DNA of 63,723 bases, counting the filler, from Olpidium bornovanus S191 (Eukaryota; Fungi; Olpidiomycota): NCBI GenBank assembly GCA_017911155.1. It is 27 parts of 27 records of this genome, joined end to end, with 100 filler letters (N's around TTAATTAATTAA, not from the genome) between each part and the next. Parts side by side here need not be neighbours in the genome. Positions count along the whole stretch, not along the records: positions 22,797 to 24,898 come from JAEFCI010009125.1; positions 24,999 to 26,870 come from JAEFCI010004061.1; positions 26,971 to 28,612 come from JAEFCI010010125.1; positions 28,713 to 30,455 come from JAEFCI010007021.1; positions 30,556 to 31,809 come from JAEFCI010010682.1; positions 31,910 to 35,896 come from JAEFCI010001953.1; 21 more parts are not named here. The stretch is one strand, 5' to 3'. A model generated the notes under the pieces. That model did no database searches. It saw only the letters and a list, made by a program, of their open reading frames with translations, and was not told the DNA's origin. Positions 22,820 through 33,892 of the stretch are shown in pieces. How positions within the stretch are numbered: the stretch's first letter is position 1; each line of letters starts with the position of its first letter. The translations under genes and the position numbers were made by a program.

Positions 22820-24660
22820 ATGGTACGTGGGCAACTAGTCAAGCGGCGCGAGCTTACCTACAAGAAGATGATGCACCGCTGGTTTCCTCTCCCGGTCCTC
22901 GTGTCCGTTGCCGGCCGCTGATCCGACGTGAAGAACGAACTCTAGCGAGATTTGACATTTTGGGACGAACTACGTGTCCTGTGACGTGTGAACCATGTAG
23001 GCCGCTGCCGGAACTCCGAACTTGGACCTTTCCCTCGACGACATGATTGCCGCCAACAACACCAAAGGACGCCGCCGCGGAGGCGTCGGTGGCAACAACC
23101 GTGGAAACTCGGGCGGTACCACGCTTGTCCTGGGAGGCGGCGGCCACCGCCGCGGCGCTGCCCGTAAAACCGGCCGCGCCGCGCGCGGCGACCATGCCAT
23201 GCCCTATTCCGTCCCTGCCAGAACGTCGTCGTCTTCCGAGGGCAGCAAGATTATGGTTAGCAACCTGCACTTTGACGTCACTGCGGAGGATCTCAAGGTA
23301 CATACCGGCGACTGGATGTCATTGTTTTGGGGCGAATACGCTGCAGCCGAAGTTCTTTTTGTCGCGCGCAACGAACGTACCGACCGCCGACTCGGCCGCT
23401 GTTGCGCGCGGAAACTGCGCCGCCGCCGCTTGGCCGACGGGAAACTGGCTCGCGCATTGCTGGCCCGCGTCGGGGCGCGGCTCCCCGGCTGGTCGATCCC
23501 GTCGCGACGTCGCGATCGAAGTCCGCCCCGCGAGCCTTTCGTGCTGTGCAATCCAAGAACTCTGCGGATCTCGGAGAAATCGGCGTACTCGTTGCAGGAG
23601 GAGAACCCTCCTTTGCTACTGCGCCGGTCTCGTGATCTTCCTTTATGGATGTATCGCAACGCGGGCGTGGCCGTTAGGAAAGCGATCGCCGACTTGGGGG
23701 CGTTTTCGGAGTGGCTGTTCCCCCCCCCCCCCCCCCCCGGCCCCCCCCCCCCCCCCCCCCCTGCGCGTTCGCCGATCTCACCCTCTGCACATCCGAAATG
23801 CTCGGAGCGGCTAAGCCGGGGAGGGAAGCGGTTACGAAAGTCAAAGAGACCGGCGAGCCGGCAGGCAAATCTTTCTGTGCAGCGGGGGCTGGAAATGTTC
23901 TCGTCTGGCCGGGAATTTCATTGTTTCGCCGACAGTAGCTCTTACCGCTTGCAATACTCGTATTTCGTTTACTGCCATCACCGCTTGCGGGCATCCCGGA
24001 TCACCCGACATCGCCCGGCTCGGAACACGCTGTCGACGTCGCGGGCGGCTGGGGAACTCGGGGGTTTTCTCCACGCACCTTTCTTCGTCTATTTGCCACA
24101 AATGCAGGAACTCTTTTCTACTCAAATTGGCCCCCTCCGGAAAGTCGTCCTCAGCTTCGACCAGGCCGGGAGAAGCCGGGGCGTGGCCGAGGTCGTTTTT
24201 CGGAACGAGAAGGACGCGAGGATCGGTTATCAGCGTTTCAACGGAGTCACCCTGGATGGTGCGCATTTTGTCGCCCTGTTTCTCCCCGCCGGTTTGCTGC
24301 TCACCGCTTTTGTTCCTAATTTGTATCTGTTTCAAAGGACGTCCCATGAAGATTGAGATCATCCTGCAGCCAAACCAGATAAAACGCCAGCTGGTTGTCG
24401 GGTATGTGGCTATGCGACATCCGCTATTGATATTTGGAGACTGGCGTCGGTTTCGTATGTTGCTTCATTCGGATAAGCTGACCGCGTCGTAATATTGCAG
24501 GCGCCCGAACGACGCCAACAGCCGCGACCGTTCGTCAGGAGGTGCACGCGGGCGTGGTCGCGCTCGTCGGGTGGGGAACCGCGGAGGTGGCAGCTGGCCG
24601 GCCAAGAGTGTGGAGGATCTTGATGCGGAGATGGCGGCCTACATGTCAGAAACGACGGTA
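22820..24660 (+). CDS. YRA1: mRNA export adaptor Yra1/ALYREF/THO4
   Basis: ATG-only exon at 22820-22822, then 23001-23297 (NLDLSLDDMI...KIMVSNLHFDVTAEDLK), 24108-24258 (ELFSTQIGPLRKV...RSRGVAEVVF...FNGVTLD), GRPMKIEI and C-terminal KSVEDLDAEMAAYM. Confidence 0.93.
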
Positions 24661-27030
24661 GGCGGTTTCCTTGGCGTTCTCTCTATTCTGCCTCGCCCGG
24701 AAACCCCTCTTAAATAACCTGTCCGGCTGGTTTCTACATGGGCAGGATAAACCCGTCGGGATGGATGCGGATACCCCCATGTGAACGGGTCGGAGAGAGA
24801 AACACAGTCTTTCGGCTCCTCCGGCAAGATAGGCATTTGCATTTTGAGCAAGATTGCTCCAGTGCCCTTCTTCGGTCGGGAGGCCTGATTTTTTGCTCNN
24901 NNNNNNNNNNNNNNNNNNNNNNNNNNNNNNNNNNNNNNNNNNTTAATTAATTAANNNNNNNNNNNNNNNNNNNNNNNNNNNNNNNNNNNNNNNNNNNNCA
25001 TGAGACAGGTGCACCTGCGGGGACGGAGATAGAGTACAACGGGCAGTTTTTTTGCAATTGGGGACAAACTGGCCAACCGCGGGATGGGAAAAGAACAAAA
25101 AAGAAAAAAAAATAAAAATAAAAATAAAGGGAAAAAATGAGAGAAAACGGGGCGGGTTGACGCGTTTCCCGCCGCCGGAGGAAAAAAGGGGGGAGGAGGT
25201 AAGCGGGGGGCGGAGAGGAGAAGGAAAAAATAAGAAAAAAGAAAAGCACAAGCGCATCTCCCTGCTCGATCTCTGCAGCAGCAGCAGCAGCAGTTGGCAA
25301 GAGAGAGGGAGAGACTGAGGAGAGCCAGAAGGAGAACGGAGAGCGGGGCTTCGACTGGGCGAGGAGTAGGACGACGACGACTAGGAGGACGAGGAGGAAA
25401 TAGAGGAGTGCGTTACTGGCTGGCTGGGTGCCGGCGTGTGGGCGTGCTGGCAACCGTTCCACTGGTGCGCGCTCAGGCGACGTTACCCCCACCCATTCGT
25501 TCCGGCGTTGAAGCGTTGGCGCAGTCCCCACCGATTCGATGCAGGCGTACGTCACCAAAAGCCGTTGCTGATTGAGAACCTGACCTGGATAATTGCTATG
25601 ACTGCCGACAGTACGATTGATGGATGTGCGGGATGCTTAGCCAAGCTTTTTTCTGGCGTCTTGCACCGACATTCCACAATATGTGCAGAAGCCGCTCTCG
25701 TACATGGACGCGGTCGAACCGCGTGGCTCGATATCGGACCGTATTACTGCGCACTGGCCACATACGCCGCTGCCGCCAACTGACCGCCCGCGCGTCTCAC
25801 CCCTGACCCGGCCTCCGCAGCCGCTTGACCGCTGCAGCGCCCCCGGCCCGTTGATCCTGCCCGCGTTGCCGCTCCGTTTCGCTCGTCGTGCACCATGGCG
25901 ACCTGCGCCGCGGACAACCACGGCCTCGCTGCCTTTTGTGACACATTTGCTCCCGTCGCGTTCGCCTCGGCAAAGAGCCCATCACCCATGCCCCTGCCAT
26001 CGCTCAAGCTGCCACTGTCAAATGCCGTGCAGCTCCGTGATCCTCCAAAAGTTCAATCACCAGAACTGCCACGCAGAGAGGCTCCCACGCGACCCATCGG
26101 ATCTCTCCTCGACCGCAACCAACAGACAAACAGAGAAGCAAATTTACAAAATAATTCTTTCCTTTTTTTGTTTTTTTTTGTCCTCCGTAGTTTGCGCATC
26201 ATGCATCCCCGATTTTGCTTTTCATCGCTTTCTCGCATCTTCTCGGCAATGTGCCATGCAGAGGGGGGTGTTACGGTATTTCATAATTACGTACTGCGCA
26301 TCACAGCGAAATCAGAAACAGCTTCTTCCCATTGCGTAGCAAATCCACCATCGAAAAATAACAAAGTGCCCCATGTTGGCGGATATATTCTTCGAATGTG
26401 AGGGGTTGCGAATTTCATGTACCGTTATGTTCTACAGCAAGACTGGAACGCAAGCAAGATACAGACAAGGGCTGTGACGGGGCTTGCACGTGATCAACCT
26501 GTTCAACAACCTACTTGTGATTGTGCCAGTGATTGTGACCCGGCCGTTCGTTTCATTTCATTTCAAACGTTTAACCGATACATTCTGAAATTTAGCTTCT
26601 CTCGAAAATTTCTACCCCAAAAGGACGAAATCAAGAAGGAACAGAAGCGCCTCGATGATACCACCGGCGGACAGAATGCCCAGCGTTACGCGTTACGGAT
26701 GAAAATACAGGTGCGAAAACCTCCCAAGTCCCCTGGTGAAAATTCCTACATCAACGTGTAATTACGTACTTGAAATATGGCGTTTAAAACTGAGCGCCCA
26801 AACCTTTCGTCAGACGCGGATGCAATGCTGTTTTCTATCACACCCTAATGGTATTGCATCACAGAACATGNNNNNNNNNNNNNNNNNNNNNNNNNNNNNN
26901 NNNNNNNNNNNNNNTTAATTAATTAANNNNNNNNNNNNNNNNNNNNNNNNNNNNNNNNNNNNNNNNNNNNAAAGAGACTCCTTGAAGTGACGCGGCTCTT
27001 GTTCTCATCAGAGCTTTTGTCACCTGACTG

Positions 27031-28526
27031 TCAACTGATTGACAGACACGCTTTGTCACCGTACCACAGTCCTTCTGGCGTCACCGCATGGACGCACACA
27101 CACAAATAGGCCAGCGCGCACAAAGACACACACAAATAAAGAATATGGAACAAGGGACAGTTTCTCTTTTCTTTCGAAAACGATTTGCATCCGCCTCGTT
27201 CAAGATATTCGGCTTGCTGTCGGACGAACGTCCACAGCCTGTCCGAAATTGTGGGGGGAGAAAACGTGGGTGGCTCGTTCCACAAACGCCAAATTCTGAG
27301 GAGGGTGCGGTCTGGGCTTGCGGCGTGTTTCGGATAAAAAAACGGCGCGATGTGTACCGTGCGAGAAATTAATAAAACCAGGGTACAGGAGTGCGGAAAA
27401 AAAAAAACGCTCGGCGGCCGGCTTATTTAAAGAAAAAAGCCGACGTCGGAGGGGTTGAATGCGGTTCGGCATTTTCTCCGCAGATGCAAGTGTTTGTTGT
27501 GTAAAGACGATAACTGCTTTCCAGAGTCGGGTGGCGCATTTCTTGCGTCGTGGATTGTGCTGTGTGCGCGCGCCCGCGAAAGTGCGACGGGGTCGGGCCA
27601 AACGGTTGCGAAAAACGGTTTTTTTTTAACGGAGCCAGATGTTCCCGTGTTCGCGCCGCGATCGTTTACAAGAGGGCGAGCGGGGTTGGGTGGGGGAGGG
27701 CGAGGCGCGGGGGTAGGAGGAGGTAGGTCAGTTGTTGTCTTTGCGTACCTCAATTCTGAGGAAGATTGTTGGCGCTGGTGTCCGCGTACGGCGGGTGCTG
27801 CGCGGGCGGCGGCGAGGTGTTACCGGGCGTCGCGGGCGCTTGTACGGGCGACATTTTACCCTTGCACTGCGCGCGGCGGGTATAACGGGCGTCCCGACGG
27901 TTACGGAGTCTAATGATCGCCCCGGGTGCGGCCCTCCCACGCGAAACCCGGGAGCGTACCTTCGTGCAAACCAGCCTCTTCTTTCCTCGATATCCGCAAC
28001 AATACGGCCAAACCATGAACGCGAAAAGGAGCGACGCTGTCGAAAGACCAAAAAAAATAGAAACGTTTCCGACCACCAACGAGGCGGTTTTTCCCCCTCG
28101 GTCAACGTCTAGTTCCGCCATTCTTGTCTTCCCGCCCCCCTGTTCTCCCCGACGCCTCGCGCAACTTTACTTTTTGTGCTGTGCCAGCGGACGCGGTGAG
28201 ATCCTATGGAGAGTGCGAGGAAGAACGGGGACTGCGTCATTCCTTTTGCGCCGTTTTCCCGAACCCGCACAAGAAGGGGGGTTTGGGGAGATGGACGACT
28301 CTTCGGACCGCAAACAAAACAAGGAAAGAAGAAAAGCAAGCAAAGAAAAAAAAAAAAAAGGTTCCCCCCCACCCCGGCACCTTTCCCCGTTCAAAACGCA
28401 CGCACCTCCTCGCGGGCAGGGTCCGTACTCCGGGTCGTCCTGGTGCCTGGCCCGCGGCCAGACTTTGACGACGCCGTCCTGCCGGGGCTCGGCGTCGGAG
28501 AGGCGGGCGGCGTGGGGTTCGGCCAT
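27031..28526 (-). CDS. Unidentified multi-exon gene
   Basis: Splice-flanked segments: MAEPH...DGVVKVWP, RRSFSRSWFGRIVADIEERRGWFARR, KCATRLWKAVIVFTQQ and SDRLWTFVRQQAEYLERG. Confidence 0.35.
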
Positions 28527-28612
28527 GTTAAAACAGTGCTAAAAAGAGAAACCGTGTCCTACCTTGGCTCACAGAGCAGCTGGAGACTTGCTTTTTTTTC
28601 TGCAGCTTGTCT
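28523..28612 (+). repeat. Dispersed 90-bp repeat, copy B
   Basis: Near-identical to 22375-22464. Similarity starts exactly at CCATG and runs to the contig end. Confidence 0.9.
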
Positions 28613-28712
28613 NNNNNNNNNNNNNNNNNNNNNNNNNNNNNNNNNNNNNNNNNNNNTTAATTAATTAANNNNNNNNNNNNNNNNNNNNNNNNNNNNNNNN
28701 NNNNNNNNNNNN

Positions 28713-29716
28713 GCCTTGAGGAACTCGAGTATCTGGATCTCGATGCGGCCCTGCTTCAAGAAGCTCTCCCGGTTTTTCGGCAGGATTTTTATGGCGACGG
28801 TCTCGCCCGTCGCCGCGTCGACGGCCTCCATGACTTTGCCGAAGGAACCCTGGCCCACGGCCCGGACAACGCGGTACCGGCCCCCTTCGTCGATCTGGTC
28901 GCCTTCCCCGATCGTGTACTCGCTCTGCAACTTGCCGCCGAGCTGGGGCGCCTGGGCCGCCTGCGCCTTGGTTTTGGCCACCGGGAGGCTGTCGGCGATG
29001 GCGCACATCATCGCGTAGTACGCCTGTCGGGGCTGCGAAGGTCAGAGAGGAGAATTTCTCCCAAAAGAGCTCGCGGGGAACGCGGGGAAGGGAATTTTTA
29101 TTTTTTTAATTTTCTTTTCCTTTTTTTTTTTTTTTTTTCCGTCTCGGGGATCCCCCATGACTTTCTCCCGGGACGAACCAACTCGGGGCCGGGCGGAATT
29201 CCCCCCCCCCCCCCACCCTAACCCCCGGGAAAACAGAACGCGTACGTCGTTGACCCGGCGGTACGTCGTCAGGATGTCCACGGTCATGGCGATCAGCGGC
29301 CTGTTCCGCCGCGTCACGGAGCACCCGTTTCGCGGCCGGGGGTCCGGCGCAGCGCGGCGACCGGCCAGCCGGGCGGACCTTGGAAGAGGCGCGTGGAAGA
29401 AGTCGGAAAGAAGAAGAAAAGATCGAGGGTAGAGGATAGACAGAGAGAGAGAGAAAGAGAAAGAGAGAATAGCAGGGCGCGCGGGGGGTTGCGGGACGAA
29501 AAAAAAAAAAAAATAAAAATAAAAAAAAAAAATCCGGGATCAGCGGAACCACTTCGTAGATTCCTGAGGTCGGCACCTGGACGACAGCGTTGTCCCCCAC
29601 TCCCCACTTGAGCGGGCAAGCGCGAACGGAGATCGGGCGGGAAAAAAAAAACACCCGCCGGGAGAGAGCGCGGCGGGAGAGGCGGCGCGCGAAATAAAAA
29701 ACCCCCGAGATCCGAG

Positions 29717-29748
<32 letters not shown>

Positions 29749-30186
29749 TTGTTTTCTTCTCTACCTTTTCGGCTTCGGGAGCAGGCCGCCGCGTCCGCCG
29801 TCGTTGAGGTGGTGGTGGCGGCACCGGGAGCCGCCTTCCCCCGGGGCGCAGGACTGCTGGGTGTGGTGCCGCGCCGGGGGACCCTGGAGAGAATGATGGA
29901 GGTGGAGGTGGTGGCGGCGGTGGCGGCGGCGGTGGTGGTGGGGGTGGTGGTGGCCGGCGTGCTGCTGCTGCTCCTGCTGCTGCTCCTGCTGCTGCTCCTG
30001 CTGCTGCTCCTGCTGCTGCTCCTGCCGCCGCGGCCGCTGGTGATCGCTCCCGGCCGCCGCGAAGGGCGCGCAGGCGGCCCCCGCCGCCGCCCCTGCGTCT
30101 GGCGGATCCCCCGCGCGCGGACCGCCGGCGGCCTCCGCGTTTCCTGCGTTACTCCCCGCCCCATCCTTGCGTCCGTCCGCCGTCAT
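28713..30186 (-). CDS. DYRK-family protein kinase (DYRK1/minibrain-like), N-terminal part
   Basis: PLIAMTVDILTTYRRVND|AYYA (cf. DYRK1A [22 protein letters not shown]), then RYRVVRAVGQGSFGKVMEAVD..VAIKIL...FLKQGRIEIQILEFL. The N-terminal exon is Gln/His-rich. Confidence 0.85.
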
Positions 30187-30205
30187 CCTGCGGCCGCCTC
30201 TGTTT

Positions 30206-30207
<2 letters not shown>

Positions 30208-30258
<51 letters not shown>
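30208..30258 (+). repeat. (CT)n microsatellite
   Basis: Long TC run just upstream of the kinase start. Similar runs lie at ~39185-39260 and ~39420-39510. Confidence 0.9.
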
Positions 30259-30262
<4 letters not shown>

Positions 30263-30555
30263 CCTCTCCTCTCCGCCTTTTCGACGGTTGTGGGGTGCCG
30301 GGTCCTCGGTGCGCGGGCGCGAAGTTTGTCGGCGACGCGTGGGTCGGACGGGCGCGCTTTCCCCCCGGCTCGGGGCGGGAGCGCGCGCGGGGGAGGGGGC
30401 CGAGAGGGCGGAGAGCGAAACGAGCGGCGGGGGGAAGGGACGGGGGGGGGGGGGANNNNNNNNNNNNNNNNNNNNNNNNNNNNNNNNNNNNNNNNNNNNT
30501 TAATTAATTAANNNNNNNNNNNNNNNNNNNNNNNNNNNNNNNNNNNNNNNNNNNN

Positions 30556-30847
30556 CATGGCTGTTTCCCACAAGATCCAGCAGTGACAGCGCGGTGAAGC
30601 TGGATTGCCGGGTAATTCGCGAGTAACGATGAGCGGCCCTCCTGTACTCGGGCCGTAGAGATAGGCGACGCACGCACCTGCAGCTCGAGGCCGGTCGGTC
30701 GGGAACGGCGTAGCCGATTCTGGCTTGCGGAAAGGCCCGTGATTTGTCTTTAGGTGTGAACGGGCGCGACGGCTTGCGCAGCGACGCCCTGGCCTCGGCA
30801 ATGATTTGGTACGCTGGGGGCTGCTGCGGCCGCTGATACTGCTGCAT
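30556..30847 (-). CDS. ARMC2: Armadillo repeat-containing protein 2 (PF27)-like N-terminus, partial
   Basis: QIIAEARASLRKPSRPFTP...RPASS matches the conserved ARMC2 N-terminal motif (human EIISEARNALRTVRTQRPFTP...RPPSS). A GTGCGT donor follows at ~30677. Confidence 0.6.
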
Positions 30848-31909
30848 CTCGCCCTCCGGCCTCGGCAGATTGAATGTCCGCCCCAGAGCGGCGGTCTCGA
30901 GGAGCAACGAACGCTTCGTGTTGCTCACTGCTTTTTTCGAGGACCGCTTGGCAGCGGCCCCGCGCGCCGTTCACCCTTCTCTGTCTGGCGGGGCTCCGTT
31001 TGTCGAGCGGGAGCGGGGGCAATGCCGTTCGCGACAATACCGTTCACAGTGCAAAAGCGCCAAAGCAATGGGCGGCGGGGCAGAATCAGCCTTGGCAGGT
31101 CTGGGAGGGGACTGGGTCTGCTGGAGGGGTCGTTTGCGAGGGCGCGCTGGAGGGCGGGCGGACGGGGGGTGGGGGAGGGGGGGGGGGAAGGGGGCGCCCG
31201 TGACATTAAACAGCCCCGCGCGCGCCCGCGCCCCTTCTTTTCAGCCGAATTCGCGCGACTTTCGGCAGGTTCGCGACCCGGGACCGCGTGCGGAAAATGC
31301 GAGCCCCCCCCCCCATCCCGCGGGCCACGGTCGAAACGGCACCATGTCGCCTATCGCTGCCACCGGATAACGCCGCGATCGTTTGTTTATCCAGAATTTG
31401 CAGCCAGCCGGCCGCGGCCACATCCGCGATCCCCCCGAGTTTGCGGCGGGCCAACACCCGGGCGAGGCCCCGAGATTGCAGCAGCCCCGCCGCAACCCGC
31501 ACCCAAGATGTCGCCTTTTCGACGCTTTCGCCGGCGGTCGTCCCCGCCGTTGCCGCCGGCCCACGCCGCCCTATTACGATGTCTGAAAACAAGATCATCA
31601 AGGTGGTTCGGCAGGAGGGCACAAACGCGGTGGAAGAGAATGCTCAGGTGCCAGATCCGTTCACAAAGTCGGAGAAAGTGAAACAAACCGCTGCTGCAAT
31701 TTCCTGTCTGGATATCACTCGCAAAGGCAGCTGAATTATCTGTAGGAGACTTGGTAAAATTCATAATGTTTTCTCTACGTCGACCGCTCAGATGACTCAC
31801 GATTCATGGNNNNNNNNNNNNNNNNNNNNNNNNNNNNNNNNNNNNNNNNNNNNTTAATTAATTAANNNNNNNNNNNNNNNNNNNNNNNNNNNNNNNNNNN
31901 NNNNNNNNN

Positions 31910-32420
31910 CCCCCACCAAGTGCGCAACTTCCTGTCGCAGTTCGAGCAGTACGCCAACTACGCTCGCCTAGAACCCTCAGCCAGGGTCGTAGCGGTCGGC
32001 ACAATACTCGCAGACGAAGCAGCCACATGGTATCAAAGCCAGGCGGGCTCGGTATCGAGCTTTACCGAGTTCTGCTGTCTTTTCCTCCACCGTTGGGGAG
32101 ACCCCCTCGAGGAAGAAAACGCGCGGAGACGACTGGCCAGCCTCCAGCAGACCGGCTCGGCGCACCAATACACAATACACAATATACAAGGAACCAACCG
32201 ACAAATCATATGACCCCCGCCCGGAACCCGCTGCTGACGACTCGATCATGGAATGCCGGACCTTCCTCCTTGACGTCCCTCAAACACCGCCGGCAACCAC
32301 GAACTCCTTGCTCCCGGTGCTCCAACGGCGCAGATTGTAGACGATACTTGGTTCATGACACCCCGTTGCACTCCCGATTTTTATAACCAGCTCGTCGAAG
32401 TCGCGCGCGCCGGCATCACC
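31910..32420 (+). mobile_element. Ty3/gypsy gag (Retrotrans_gag-like) remnant
   Basis: VRNFLSQFEQY...LADEAATWYQ...SFTEF..LFLHRWGDPLEEENARRRLASLQQTGSAHQY, then a frameshift. Confidence 0.85.
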
Positions 32421-33113
32421 ACGGAGTTTCGGGAGGTGTCGCGAGTCGAATCGGGACTGCTAACTACTGGGAACTGGGTTTTCCACGCATAATAAATTTT
32501 TCCATTTGCTACTTGACTTTGGAAAGTTGAAGTACGGTTTCAGAGTGAGGAAGCTTTGGTGTCTCGTAAAATCCGGGTAGTAGAGGTTTTATTTCCCGCG
32601 TTATCTTCCTTCGGTAACCCAGTCCGAAGACTGCCTACGTATCCTCGGCGAGGAATCAGGGTATTCGTAGTTCAAGTTCTCAGCCTAGAGAGTTTATTCA
32701 GGAAAGCGGAAATCGGACTGGTCGGGTACTGATCGGTGGGAATCGTTCCCTTCCTGGAACGACTCAGCTGCCTCTTGTACCGCGCGCTCAATATGTTGTC
32801 GTTGAATCTCGCTTTCTCTTTCTTGAAGTAATTCTTCAAGGTCGTTGTGCTGTGGCACGGCCCTCGAACCGCCCGTCGACCGACGCCACGAAAGGCGGCG
32901 GTCGATAGGCAGAGGCGGGCAGGGGGCGGAGGGGGGATCAACGGCAAGACGGCCCCCGAACCCGGGGGTCGACCAATGAAATAATTCCCCTCAAAGCCCG
33001 CCAATCGAAGAGCTCCCCCCCCCTTTCCCCCCACCAATCGAAAAGCTTTCCCCTTTCCCCCCAGCGCCACACGCGGGAACCCCCGCCAACCATCGCCCCC
33101 CCCCTCAGACTGC

Positions 33114-33222
33114 TGTAGTGTTTGCCCCTTGACGTCGACAGGCACGTGACCTGTACGTATATAGCCGGTCGGCCCCTCGGGCACACCTGAATAGACTTCG
33201 ACGTCCTGTCCGTCCCACTACA
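33114..33222 (+). mobile_element. Short (109-bp) LTR, copy 1
   Basis: Begins TGTAGTG and ends CACTACA (7-bp inverted termini), with internal CACGTG and TATATA. Followed by AAG-TGGGGAATCCGA. Homologous to 46802-46915. Confidence 0.75.
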
Positions 33223-33892
33223 AAGTGGGGAATCCGAGGAAGAACCATCCTTTGAACAGCTCCTTCGCCCCGCCCCCGCCGCGCCCACGCTACGCCGCCG
33301 CCGCGCCCGCGCTCTGCCCACGCCGCGCCCGCGCTCCGCCTCCGCCGCGCCCGCGCTCGGCCCCCGCCGCGCCGCTCCGCCGCGCCATCCGAAGAAGAAC
33401 CGTCCTTCGACCACTCTTCTTTTTCGACCAACATAAACCGCGTCGTCATTCCTTGCGTTCGACGCCGCGCGCCTCGCGTTCGACGCCGCGCGCTTTGCTT
33501 TCTGCGCCGCTGCGTTTGGCTGTTTCTTGCAGCACTTTTTCTGCGTCGCTCCGCCATCGTTTCGCCGCAGCACTCGTTTTCGCCCTTGCGTTCGTTTGTT
33601 TTCGTCGCCAAAATGACGCCCGTTTTTGCGTCGTCTTCGAGACACCCCTTTCCCGTCGCTTTTCGCTGCTCGGGCCCCGCTGCGCCGCACCCGCCGCGTT
33701 GCCCCCGCCGCTCCGCCCCCGCCGCGTCGCTCCGCCACTCCGACCCCGCCGCGCCGCTCCGCTGCGCCGTCACCGCGCAGACGTCCCGCTCCCGCCGTCG
33801 CGTTTGTTTTTGAGCTTGTTTTTGCTCACCGCGCTTTCGTCTTTGTTTGCTCCTTTGCTTTTGCCGTCACCCATGTCCTTTAGCCGCTGACG

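Noticed and set aside
24999-26870. Signal-anchor ORF (ALLYFLLVLLVVVVLLL) and plus-strand coiled-coil-like exon
   Set aside because: The hydrophobic run comes from a TCC/GTC simple repeat readable in several frames, and no family motif supports a call.
33216-33226. CACTACAA as a CACTA transposon terminus
   Set aside because: It pairs with TGTAGTG ~100 bp upstream and is followed by a TGG PBS-like tract in both copies, which fits an LTR end better.
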